Source: Felis catus
Lineage: Eukaryota
Length of the DNA stretch: 64,000 nt
Direction of reading: 5' to 3'
NCBI RefSeq assembly: GCF_018350175.1
Contig: NC_058368.1
Span: forward strand, 188,234,001 to 188,298,000
Part shown: piece by piece, positions 36,071 through 47,880 of the stretch
How positions within the stretch are numbered: the first letter of the stretch is position 1
Layout of the letters: each line of letters begins with the position of its first letter
Made by a program: the position numbers and the translations under genes
The notes under the pieces: generated by a model
What the model was told of the DNA's origin: nothing
What the model saw: the letters and a program-made list of their open reading frames with translations, nothing else
Database searches by the model: none

Positions 36071-37194
36071 GCTAATGCCTTGCACCTCTTCTAGAAAATA
36101 CCTATATTTTAACAAAGATAACGTTTTCACCTAAATAAACAGTGGACATTTCAGATTGTACATCCAACTGGTGAGAGAGACAGCTGGGGACGACAGGGTC
36201 TGCACTACACCTCACCCATGATTCTCCTACCTCGGTTTGAGAGCTGACTACCTAAAACAGGGAACGGAAAATTAACCTCGCTCATCATTTCTCCCTTCCC
36301 AGACATCCTTCCTCAATCTTAAATGAGGAGCTGTAATCTATTTGGTCTGCTAAGAGACTTTTCAGGGTCTCAGAGCTTAGGGCAAGAGGCCCCCAACTCC
36401 ACAGACACCATCACCCGTGCTTTGTTTTTTAAGAAAGCACTATGTATCCCACCCCTACTCGGTACCAGGGCCTGGTCTCAGTACGTGGCACGCTTTATCA
36501 CTACCCCTCACAAAAATTTATGAACTAGCAACTAAAACCCCATTTCACAGACGAGCAAGGGAAGTCAGAGCAGTCACGTGGGCTCTCAAGACAGACCACC
36601 GGTAAGAGATAGGTGCGGGGGTCTGGTCCGGGGCTGCCTGGCTCCAAAGCCAGGACTCCCACGTCACCACACTGTGACCCCAGAAAGCTTCCTTGGGTCT
36701 ACAAACCTGCTCCTTGCTCCAGAAGGTTTCATTAGTCTGTCTGTTACCGGGTGGCAGCTGAAACTGCCAGGCTGGATAAGAGGCTGTCGAGCTTGGCAGG
36801 AGATGGAAGTGGCACATAAAACAAAAGCCTCTTTGGAGACAGAAAGAAGATGCAACCCAGGACGCCAGGTAACATATATTAGGGGTATAATGCGACTCAG
36901 GTGGTAAGCGAACTTTTATCACACCCAGGAGGAGTGGAACTAAAAAGGTTCACGGGCCAGGATTCCTACCTCGGATGTCCACCGCAGTTTTGAAGAATGT
37001 TCTTATACCACCCCTCAGAAAGGTCACCTCACAGGCCAGCACCGCAGAAACCCTTCCACACATGGAAGATTTTGACATAGTAATATCTTGAGCTAGAAGC
37101 CATGGAGATTTAAAAGAAAAAAAGTCCAGGAAGAGATTCTGACACCTAACTCTGAGGCAATTTGGGGCCTATTGAACCAAAATTGTTCTCAGCA

Positions 37195-37445
37195 TCACAT
37201 ACTGGGAGAATTACAATCTGAAATAACATTTCCGGAGGGCATTTTAGCAATATGGATCAAAGAGCTTAAAAATATGCATGGCCTTTTATCCAGCCATTCT
37301 GCTTCTAGCAGCGTATCCTGAGGAAACAATCAGAGATTTGCACAAATGAGTTTATAACAGCATTAGTTTTCAAACAATAAATAATAATGAAGCGATCTAC
37401 ATGTCCAGTAATAGGGGGTGGGTTAGATTGACTCACAGTGGTGAA
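37195..37445 (+). mobile_element. Old L1 3' fragment
   Basis: ggcattttagcaatatggatcaaagagcttaaaaatatgcat...ccagccattctgcttctag. Confidence 0.6.
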
Positions 37446-37469
37446 GTAGGCAGATGCCAGTTCAAAGCT

Positions 37470-38650
37470 CATGACTTTGCCTCGAGATCCTGCTTTTCCT
37501 CTAGTGCTCCCCTGCAGTGACACCCTCATCCATGCCAGTGTACCAGGTAGAAACCTGGGGGTGCTCCTGGATGCCTCTCTTCTTCCCTTCCCTAGCCAAT
37601 CCGCCCCCAAGTCCCGTCCCACACAAGTCCTAAGAAGATCTCAGATCCATCTATTCTCTCTTGTTCCCATGGCGTAACCCTAGTCCAAACCACCACCCCT
37701 TCTCTCCCGATTACTCTGAGGTTCCCTGAATCCACCCATAGTCCCCACTTCTAATCTGCTCTCCCTACCATGTCCAGAGTTCTCCTTCTAAAAGGAGATC
37801 TGATTAGGTTTCTTCCCTGCTCTCCTGCAAATTCTTCCCATTGCACTTATAATAAAACAATTTTATCTCATCCCCAGCTGCAAGACCCAAAGCCGGGGTC
37901 AGCAAACTTTTCTATAAAGGGTAGATAGAGGGAGATAGTGAGCTTTCTGTAAAGGGAGATAGTAACAAATGTTTATGGTTTGCGAACCAAACATATGTCT
38001 CTGCAGCAACTACTCATCTCTGACACTATAGTGTGAAAACAACCATAGACATTACGTAGATGATTGGACATGGCTGTGCTCCAATAAAACTTTATTTAAA
38101 AAAAAGCAGCTGGTATGCTGGATTTGACCCATGGGTTGTAGTTTGTTGACACTTACCCTATAGGTTCTGACCCTATTTCCCTCTGCAACCTCCACAAATC
38201 TCTCATCTAGTCACTGTCCCCTCATCAGGACCTCAGGCAAGCTGTTCCCTCTACTGGGAGTCTTCCCTTTCTCTGTTCCCTGATGGCTCCCCGCCTCCCC
38301 CCCACTATCCCCTTGGTCCAACACATACCCCCTTTTCTGGCCAGCGATTTCTTACCATCCTGACTTCAGTTTCGAAGTTCCTTCCTTAGGTGCACTTCCT
38401 GATGCACTCAGGCTAAGGTAGGACCCCTATTCTCTCAACAGACTCAGTATGCCCTTTGTTGACTTTGCCAAGTTTGACATGAAATCCTTCTAAGTGCAGT
38501 TGTGTGTTTATGTGTCATTTCTGCTAGACCCAAAGTTTCATGAGATAAAGGATTATGCATTTGACCACAACTGTATTCCTGGTGCCTAGAAAGGTGTTCA
38601 TACACACAGACAGCAATAAATATTTGTGGAAATGTTGACTGAATAAATGA
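37470..38650 (+). mobile_element. LINE L2 3' portion, interrupted by MER58A
   Basis: agaaacctgggggtgctcctggatgcctctct...cccattgcacttataataaaa...aataaatatttgtggaaatgttgactgaataaatga. Confidence 0.75.
37893..38155. mobile_element. hAT-Charlie MITE MER58A-like
   Basis: ggggtcagcaaacttttctataaagg...catggctgtgctccaataaaactttattt...gtagtttgttgacac. Confidence 0.85.
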
Positions 38651-38967
38651 TCACACAACTAGGAGAAAAAAATCTGCACAGATCTATACTGAAATATTAG
38701 GAGATGAGTGTATAGGTGATTTTGTTTTCTTCCTACACATTCCTCCATTTCTTGAATTTTTCACAAAGAGCATATATTACTAGTATATTTAGAAAAATAA
38801 TCAATGTCGAAAGAGGGGAGGGAAGAGAAAGTGAAAGAGAGAAAGAGAGAGAGTTTGTGCCTGTCTCAGCCTATTCATAGTAATGCCATAGGCTATAAGT
38901 ACCTAGGCGCACTCACCTGGGTCCCGGTGAGCTTCCCCCAGATAGATACTTCCCCTTTCCAAGCCAA

Positions 38968-39799
38968 TGTTACATGAGTGGACCAACCCATATGGTTCTT
39001 ATTATGGTTGCAAGATGCCCTTCAGCAACAACCATCAAAGAATTTTGAAAAAATAAAAGTTTATACTTACAAGACCTGGAAATTATACAGCACACCTGGG
39101 GCCACACATCAAGGTTGCAAGTAGAGAGACAGACAGACAGAGAAAAGAGAGAGAATCTTGGCACAGGGGTTGGGGATTCTGCTTTTATTGGGTCGAAGAT
39201 GGGGGCCTAGTGTTTCACACTCTTTGTTGGTGAACTGAAAATATAAGACTTGGAATTTAAAGTATGGGAAGAGAAATGACAAGAAGCCCAAATGATCAGT
39301 TGCTGAAATCAACTAGGACCTTTAAAACAAAGGGGTCTCAGTTGGGGAGGTGACTTGACTCTTTCTCTAGTCCTGTGGCTGGCAATGTGCTTATTGGAGA
39401 TAGCTGTCTTACCAGAGAGGGAGGGAGGCAAACCATAAGAGTCTCTTAAATACTGAGAACAAACTGAGGGTTGATGGGGGGTGGGTGAGAGGGGAAAGTG
39501 GGTGATGGGCATGGAGGACAGCGCTTGTTGGGATGAGCACTGGGTTGTATGGAAACCAATTTGACAATAAATTATATTTAATATAAAAAATAAAAACATA
39601 AAGAAGATGTGGTGTATATATAAAAAAAATTAAAAAGTATTTGCTGTTCTTCTGAAATTCAAACAAACAAACAAAAAAGAAGCAGATGCCCCTTTGAAAT
39701 GGATGCCTCAGCAAGCAAAGCTTAAGTCGGGTACTTGCATCCCAAAAAAGGAAAACAAAACAAAACAAAAGAAAATCCAACCCAACTGTCAGGGCTACA
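38968..39799 (-). mobile_element. ERV LTR (family not identified), interrupted by an L1 3' end
   Basis: Minus strand reads TGTAG...; TATA-like caataaaagc near 39182-39191, CT-rich R-like region, ...catgtaaca end at 38968. Confidence 0.65.
39411..39678 (+). mobile_element. Felid L1 3' end (heavily 5'-truncated) with compound tail
   Basis: gcaaaccataagagtctcttaaatactgagaacaaactgagggttgatggg...ggaaaccaatttgacaataaa matches recalled cat L1 3' UTR. Confidence 0.85.
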
Positions 39800-40739
39800 G
39801 AGAGAGAGACAGACAGAAAGAAAGAGAGAGACCCGGCTTCTGGCTTCTGATAACCTGGAAGATTAGCCCGTTATTGGCAGATGCTATGTTTTGGACCATC
39901 ATTTTTCCTCTGCTTGTTCAGAGTTGCCTAATAAATAGCTCCATATTGCTCTTGTTGCCTTTACCTGGCCACTCCTCATGCTCTCCAGGTGTCCCCATAA
40001 GGTCCAGGGGTGCCTGTATACCTAGACAATGATTTGAGTCAAACCACTGCTTCCAGAAGTGCCCACAGCACATGAACACCAGTGTCTACACACCTGTGTG
40101 GTCGAATTAGCCTTCCAGGGCCTTCCAACTCCAAATTGAGGAAGGGGTTAAGAACCATGTGAGATCCTAAGCACCAGTGGCTTTGCAGCGCAGAAACTGT
40201 CCGTGCAGATGGAACGTGTGACAGCAAACTTTTTTATTTCACTCACCAGTGGCTGAGCTTCAAACATCTGGTCATTTCCATGCCAGGCTAGTCTCCAAGT
40301 AGTACTTGGGGGCAACAGGCCACATGGCCACCGTGTTCCTATTCATTCATCCAGTAATTCCCTCCACACTGACGAGAAAGCCAATAAAGATGAGACTAAT
40401 TATTATCTCCAAAAGAGAGAGCATTTTGGTCACCATCTGAAAGAATCTGTGGATGGAATAAAGAGAGGGTTACTAATTGACAAAAATGTATGGATTATGT
40501 AAAGTGTGGTGGGGCTACAGAGAAGTAAAGGGTCCATCTCTGTCCTTGACGCAGAAAATTTCCAGACTAGTCAGATATTCAAAATAGTCACATAGAAAGG
40601 AAACAACAGTACAAGGTGAAATAAATACCAGCCATAATTGTCAAACAAGTGATAGTGACAATAAGCGACATGCAGGTCACTTCCACCAGTGCTCGCAAAG
40701 TCAAGTCCATTGCTTCACGTTCTTAAGTTTCATGGCATA

Positions 40740-41233
40740 GCAGAATGCTACTGGCCCCAAGAAAAATCCCAGCTCAGAAGGACTTAGGTAATAAAGGAAA
40801 TATCACTTCATATTTGACAAAGTCAAGAGGTAAGGTAGGCATTGGTTGTTTAGCAGCTCATGAAGTCGCCCCAGAATCCTGCTTTTTTCCATCTTTTCGC
40901 TCTGCCATCAGTGATTGTTTCAATCTCAGATTTGGAATTAAAATGGCTGCAGCGATTACAGGCATGACATTGAGATGTAAAATCTCTTCTTGTGGTTTTC
41001 TATTAGGAATGAGAAAACTTTCCTCGGAAACCCTCCAAAAGATTCCCCTAATGTACCCTTGGCTAGAGTTGAATCATGTCCTCCATGAGGCAATCCTGGC
41101 AAAGGGACAGAGATGAACCACTGCTGGAGCTGGGGATAGGGTCAGCTTCTCCTGAACTGGTTACATGGGGGATGGCTTTTGTTAGGAAGAAGGGGAAATG
41201 AATGCTGAGCAGGCTACTGATAACGTCTACCAT
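40740..41233 (-). mobile_element. Old MaLR LTR (MLT1J/L-like)
   Basis: aaaatggctgcagcgattacaggcatgacat...tgttaggaagaaggggaaatgaatgctgagcaggc. Confidence 0.6.
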
Positions 41234-41328
41234 TCGTGGTTAATTCTAAAGATAAGAAACATTTTACCCCTGCAGAACCTGACATTGCAATTACCTTCCC
41301 AGATTCATCTCACTACTCCACACCTTCA

Positions 41329-41329
<1 letters not shown>

Positions 41330-41362
<33 letters not shown>
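41330..41362. repeat. (CA)n microsatellite
   Basis: Directly visible. Confidence 0.95.
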
Positions 41363-41363
<1 letters not shown>

Positions 41364-42099
41364 CTAGGCTAGTCAGACTCCAATTCTCTCAGTTCTTCAA
41401 AAGCAACATGCTTTCTCATACCACTCTGGAACTTTTTCTGCTTCTCAGCTCTGGGCTAATTACACATCTCTATTTACCCAGAGAAGCCGTGGTTTATACC
41501 TATTGTCTTGGCATAACTACCAATAGTGCCCTCTTCATTCTTGAAAATGTTCCAACTTGGATAAGAGCATGAACAATATGAAGCAGAACAGTATTTGGGG
41601 GATCAGGTGTGGAAGGTCAAGGAGACAGAGGAGTCTTGGATGAGTCTCAGGCATCTGATTCGAGAGACTGGGTAGGTGGCAGTGCCAACCATCAAAACAG
41701 GGAATCAAGAAGGAGATGCTTTGGAGGAACATGTTAAGGAATGAAGTTTATAGGGCTACAGAGAGTTCAAACACAATAAGGAACAGAGAGAGTTTATTGA
41801 CATCCGGAATTCACTGGCTACCTTTCCTAGAGCATTCAGAGAACAGCACAGAATCATCTAATTTTAAGGTAGAAGAGAATGTTATTGATGACCTAGTTTT
41901 TAATGGAAAAACAGAGTCTTCACAAGATTAATTAAGGCTCCATGGACAAAAACCTGGACAAAAATCCCTGACACTTGACTCATCATTCATGGAATGGTCT
42001 ACCATATTATGCTGTCTCTTTTTGTGTGCTGAAACTGTAGAGATGAGTGAAAATGGGAAGGATGTGGGATCAACACAAATCTGTCTTCATCTGTCTAGA

Positions 42100-42260
42100 A
42101 AAATAAGACTACCCTGTGTCTCCACTATTGCCACCTTGGTTGTGGCCACTATCACACTTAGCTTGGACTGCAGCAGTACCCTCCTCCTGATCGCCCCACT
42201 GCCTCCAGTTCATTTTCTTCACATCAGCAAGTACATCACATTGCTTCTCTACTTAAAACC
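42100..42260 (+). mobile_element. LINE L2 fragment (continues at 47426)
   Basis: ccactatcacacttagcttggactgcagcagtaccctcct...tctacttaaaacc. Confidence 0.6.
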
Positions 42261-42264
42261 CATC

Positions 42265-42976
42265 AGATAATTACCAAAGCGGTTCAAAGGGAGAAAGGAA
42301 CAGATACTGTAATAACTGGATAATCATCTGAGAAAAAAAAGACTCTAACCCCTATGTGGTCAAAAATAAAATTTAAGGTGAGTCGTAAATCTAAACATGA
42401 AAACCAAAACTACACTGATTCTAGAAGAAAACTTGGGAAAGTAATTCACAACCTGGGCCCCGGCAAAGATTATTAGGTACAAAACAAAAAGCAGCAACTG
42501 CTAAAGAAAAAAGATCAAATGGGCTTCATCAAAATTAAAAACTTAATTCTCATCAAAAGACCCAATTAAGAAAATGAAATAAACAAGTCATAAACTGGGA
42601 GGAAATGGTTTGATAGACGTGTGGGTATGTTCGTGTGTATGTGTCTATCTACGTGTGTGTTCATTTACGTATGAAATCAATACCCAAGGCAAAAATCCCA
42701 ATTTAAGAAACTTCACAAAAAGAAGGCTTATGAATGACCAAAAAAGCAAATGAAAGGTGCTCCAAATCATTAGTCATAAAGATAAGGCAAGTTAAAATTA
42801 CGGTGTGATACCACTTCACATCCTGTGAGAATGGCTACGATTGAGAAAGACAGACTGAGAATGTTGACAAGTTTGTGGACCAAGTAGAACTCTAATGCAT
42901 GGCTATTTGGAGGACAAAATCCACGACTCCTCTGAAGTACTGGAGGCAGTCCCTTACAAAGTTAAATACACACCTT
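42265..42976 (+). mobile_element. Old L1 ORF2 3' region (element A, first part)
   Basis: ggcttcatcaaaattaaaaac...atcattagtcataaagataaggcaagttaaaatta...acaaagttaaatacacacc. Confidence 0.8.
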
Positions 42977-43326
42977 TAAAAAAAGAAAAAGAAAATGGGA
43001 AGATTTGCACCATACAATTTCAAGACTTAACTATAACACTGTAGTAATCAAACTGTGATAATGATGCATGGATAGACATATAGAACAAGGGGACAGAAGA
43101 GAGAATCCAGAAAAAGACCCACAATATATGATAAATTGATTTTTTGACAAAGGTGTCAAGGTAATTCAATGAGGGAGAAGGTAACCTTTTTAAAAAACGG
43201 TGCAAGAACGAGTGAATATGCATATACAAAATAAATGAACCTTGACTCTTGTTTCACATCATTTATAAAAGTGAACTCAAAATTGATCATAAATCTAAAC
43301 CTAAGACTAAAATTATAAAACTTCTA

Positions 43327-43545
43327 GGGGTGCCTGGGTGGCTCAGGCAGTTAAGCATCTGACTTTGGCTCAGATCATGATCTCACGGTCTGTGTATTGA
43401 AGCCCAGTGTCTGGCTCTGGGCTGACAGCTCAGAGCCTGGAGCCTGCTTTGGATTCTGTGTCTTCCACTCTCTCTGCCTCTCCCCTGCTCATGCTCTGCC
43501 TCTTTCAAAAATAAATAAACAAAAAAAATTTTTTTTAAATAAAAC
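43327..43545 (+). mobile_element. Can-SINE
   Basis: ggggtgcctgggtggctcaggcagttaagc head, CT tract, aataaataaac tail. Confidence 0.95.
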
Positions 43546-43665
43546 TACAATAAAATCTTGTGATCTTGGGTTCAGGAAGGATATCTTAGAAAGGACACAA
43601 AATATGAATCATAAAAGAAAAAAATTAGAAACTTGGACTTCATCAAAATAGAAAATTGCTTCTTG

Positions 43666-43893
43666 TCTTTTTTTAGTGTTTATTTACTTATTTCGAGAGA
43701 GAAAGGGAGAGAGAGAGAGAGAGAGAACAAGTGTAAGCAGGGGAGTGGCAGACAGGGAGAGGGAGGATTCCATGCAGGCTCTGGCTGTCAGCGCAGAGCC
43801 CAATGCAGGGCTTGATCTTATGAGCCATGAGATCATGACCTGAGCCGAAATCAAGAGTTGGACGCTTAACCAAACGAGCCACCCAGGCACCCC
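43666..43893 (-). mobile_element. Can-SINE
   Basis: Reverse head; TSD agaaaattgcttcttg / agaaaattgctttttg. Confidence 0.95.
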
Positions 43894-44168
43894 AAGAAAA
43901 TTGCTTTTTGAAAGATACTGTTACAAAATTGAAAACATATGCTGCAGACTGGGAAAAAATGTTGGCTAAACATGTATTTGATGAAGGATTTGTATACATA
44001 ATATATAAAGAATTCTCAAAACTCACAGGAAAATAACTTAATTTTTTAAAAATGTATAAAGGTTTGAGCAGACATTTTATCAAACAGTATAAGACTGGCA
44101 CATAAGCACTTGAAAAGATGCTCAATGTTATTAGTCATTATGGAAATGCAAATTAGAACCAAATGAGG

Positions 44169-45885
44169 AAAATGGCAGAGTAAGGATCTTTGAGAATTCT
44201 TTCCTCAATAAAAGCAATGAAAAAACTGGCAAAAATGGTTAGAATCAACTTTTTCAGAACTCTGCAAATTAACCAGTCTTGCAGCAATCTGGGGAGCATT
44301 TGTTCAAGAAAAACAGATAAATCTCAGAAAGAACACAAGTTCTGTGGTATTCTAATTTGCCCTGGTCTCATCCCTACTCTCCAGCTCCAGAGTAGTTTTG
44401 AAAACCAGCAACCCCGAATCATAGTAAAAACCAGCAATCTGGCAGCCACCAGAGGAGGTAGAAGGGGGTTGGAGCTACTTCAAAGCCCCATTCCCAAAGA
44501 AATGTCATTATATGATATGTCTAATGATTCCCTGGAGGATCTCATTTGCTATCTGTATTTATTTGACCTGAGTCAGAACTCACCCATGCCTCTGTGTGTG
44601 TGTGGGGGGGGGGGGTAGATTTGCCAAAAATAGTTACAGGCAATTGCTTAATTCTATGACTGTCTGATTCCATGAATTGTCCATGATTCCATGACAGTTG
44701 GGGCAAGCAACGAACTAACCAAAAAGCTTAAAAGGGAAATTAAGTATGAGATGCCCATAAAGCCTTGGAAAGCTTTGACATATCCCTGAGAATCTAAAAG
44801 GCCACGAGCATACATGGGGCTGTGTACAGGCACAGCAAAGGCCTGAGAAAACCCTATGCCTGATTGACCTTGAGGCTCTGTGCAAGCAGGAAGTGAAGGA
44901 TAAGGTAGACATGTCAGCTGCCTGGCTGAGCGTTCAAGGCATGTTCCCACATTAATGCAGAACCCTTTGCAAAGACTGGGACTCATATTGGTTCTAAGTG
45001 TTTTAAGGAAAACTGTCTAATTATCAGATGATCAGTAAGCTATAAGCAATAACCACAGTGGCCACACTCAACAACGAATACAAATATGTCAGAAAAGTCA
45101 CCAAGCAAACTAACAGCAAGAACTACAACAACCAGCAATGACAACACACCCTAAGGAGGGGAGAGAACCTGACTTCCAGAGTTGCTACATTATATCATTT
45201 AAAATATCCAGTTTTCAACAAAAAATTAGGAGACATGTAAAGAAATAAGAAAGTATGACCCATACGCAGAAGAAAAAACAAAAAGCAAAAAGCAATCAGT
45301 GGAAACTCTCTGAGAAAGCACAGACATTGGGCTTTGTAAGCAAAGAATCTAAATTAGTTATTTTTAATATGTTCAAACAAATAAAGTATACCAGGTCTAA
45401 AGAACTAAAGGAAATGATGAGAACAATGTCTCACCAAACACAGAATATCAATAAAGAGATAGAAATTATATAAAAGAGTCAAACAGGAATTATGACATCA
45501 AAAAGTACAATGACAAGTGAAAAGTCACCAGAGGGAGGGGCTCCACAGCATATTTGAACAGGCTGGAGAACGCATTAGCAAATATGAAGGTAGGTCAGTT
45601 GAGATGATCTAATCTGAAGAATGTGAAGAAAAAGGAATGAAGAAAAATTAACAGAGCCTCAGAGACCTGTAGAACACTGCCCAGTATGCATAATTACAGT
45701 CCCATAAGGAGGGTGGTCATGGTAAGGGGCAGAAAGAATATTGGAAGAAATATTGGTCAGAAACTTCCCAAATTTGAGGGAAAGAATCAACTGACACATC
45801 CAAAATGCTCAACAAACCGCAGGTAGGAAAAACTCAAGGAGAGCCATGCCTAGACATACCATAACCAAACTGTCAAAATCAAAAC
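44169..45885 (+). mobile_element. Old L1 5' UTR + ORF1 region (element C)
   Basis: Begins aaaatggcagagtaagga; agaatcaactttttcagaactctg; ORF1-like cagaatatcaataaagagatagaaattata and gaaaacttcccaaatttg. Confidence 0.8.
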
Positions 45886-46625
45886 CAAACAACATTCTCC
45901 TACACCCTAACGAGAATGGCTAAAATGAAAACGGGCATGAGGTCACCAGAACCCTTATGCATTTCTGGTGGAAATGCAAAATGGCACTGTTACTTTAGAA
46001 TATATTTTTTTACTCTCATATACATTAAATACACACTTACCACATAGTTCAGCAACTCCACTCTATGTCCCCAAGAGAAATAAAAACATTAGGACCTCAT
46101 GAAGACTTATATTTGAATGTTTACGGTAGCTTTTTAAGATAACAGCTCCACACTGTAAAAAAACAAAGAAACAAAAACAAAAAAACAACAAAAAACCTTA
46201 GTGTCCATCAACTGATGAGTGAATAAACAAATTGTGGCATATCCATTCCATAAAATACTACTCAGCAATACACAGAAACGAACTAGTTATGCATACATCG
46301 ACATGGAGCTCATGCTCAAAAGCATTCAGCTAAGTGACAGAAATGAGACATAAAATATTACATAACATGATTTAATTAATGTATGAAAGTCTAGAAAAGG
46401 CAAAACTGTGGTGACAGAGAACAGATCAATGGTTGCCAAGGAAAATGTATGAGGAACTCATTGACTCCAAAGGGACATGAGGGAATTTCAGAAAATAATA
46501 TAAATGCTCTTTGTTATACTTATGATGATGTTTACAGACCATATATATTTGTTAAAACTCATCAAGTAATTTATTTAAGATAGGTGATTTTTATTACATG
46601 TAAATTATACCTCCACAAAACAAAT
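45886..46625 (+). mobile_element. Old L1 3' end (element B, second part)
   Basis: gagaatggctaaaatgaaaa...ggtggaaatgcaaaatgg...catgtaaattatacctc. Confidence 0.8.
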
Positions 46626-46644
46626 TAATTCAAAACATAGAAGA

Positions 46645-46836
46645 AAAAGTAATCATATACCTACCTATGGGTCACCTGTGTAGCTCAGTTGGTTGAGCAT
46701 CTGACTACTGATTTTGGCTCACGTCATGATCCAGGGTCATGGGATCGAGCCCTGTGTCAGCTTTGAGCCCAGCATGGAGATTGCTTAAGATTTTCTCTTT
46801 TTCTCCTTCTGCCCCTCTCCCCCAGCTCCTCCATGC

Positions 46837-46882
<46 letters not shown>

Positions 46883-47425
46883 AAACAAAGAAACAAGAAA
46901 CAAAGAAAATACTTACCTATAACTCAGCAATTTCACTCCCGTTATTTACTCAAAAGAAGTGAAAATATATGTCATCAAGGAGACTTGTACAGAAATGTGT
47001 ATGGCAGTTTTATTTATAAAAGTCAAAACACAAAAGCAAAAAGTCCCTCAACAAGAGAATGGATGAGCCAATTGTGGTATATTCATACAATTAAATGATA
47101 CTTAAAAGGAATCAGTAACTTGGATGAATCTCAAAAATATTATGGTGAGCAAAAAGCTAGATTCGAAACAATATATATTGCATGATTTCATTTGTATGAA
47201 GTTAAGAATAAGCAAAACGAATATATGGTGGTAGAAAGCAGAAGACTGGTATTATTTCTTAGGGGTGGTAATTGACTCAAAGGGGACATAAGGAAACTTT
47301 CTTGGGGGGAACTGAAATATTCTACATCATGACTAGGGAATTTGTTACAGGGTATACTCACTGGTTACTTTTGGTAGAATGCTACACTTGAGCTTTGTGC
47401 ATTTCAGCATGTATAAATTTTACAA
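46645..47425 (+). mobile_element. Old L1 3' end (element A, second part)
   Basis: cctataactcagcaatttcactcc...tggatgaatctcaaaaatattatg...tgtgcatttcagcatgtataaatttt. Confidence 0.75.
46669..46908 (+). mobile_element. Can-SINE (older subfamily) with (CT)n expansion
   Basis: gggtcacctgtgtagctcagttggttgagc head; TSD atacctacctat / atacttacctat. Confidence 0.92.
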
Positions 47426-47880
47426 ACTTCAAAGGATTCTCGTTGCATTTAGGATAAAATTCAGACTCCTCTCTGAGGCCTTTAAAATACCCGCCCACTT
47501 CTCCAATTTACCTTATTCCACACTTTCCGTTCCTCCCCTTCTTCCAGGCATATGAGCTTCCTTTAGGATGTCAAGCCTAACCTAGTAATCTGGGCCTTTG
47601 CACATGCTGTCCTTTTGCCTGGATACTCTCCTCTGCCCCTTCACTTGTCCCAGCCATTCTCATACTTCCGGTCTCAGATAAATGCCACCTCCTCCAAGAA
47701 GCTTTCCTTGACTACACCTAAAAGTGGACCTCCTTGGTTGTTTGCCTCTGTCCCTAGTGGTTGCACTCACAATATTTATTTACAATTCTTCATATTTTGT
47801 GGTCTAGTTACCTCTTTTTGCCACCCACAGAGCTGTAAGTCCCCAGCTCTGTCAACAGTGTTCCGTGTTTTGTTTTCCAC
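47426..47880 (+). mobile_element. LINE L2 fragment (continuation)
   Basis: gttgcatttaggataaaattcagactcc...gggcctttgcacatgctgtccttttgcctgga...aaatgccacctcctccaagaagctttccttgac. Confidence 0.75.

Larger units (their letters stand above)
42980..44168 (+). mobile_element. Old L1 ORF2 3' region (element B, first part), carrying two SINEs
   Basis: ttgatttttgacaaaggtgtcaaggtaattcaatg...gaaaagatgctcaatgttattagtcattatggaaatgcaaatt. Confidence 0.85.

Noticed and set aside
44190..44618. 142-aa ORF, one of the longest in the window
   Set aside because: Lies in an old L1 5' region, uses a non-ATG start and has no recognisable domain
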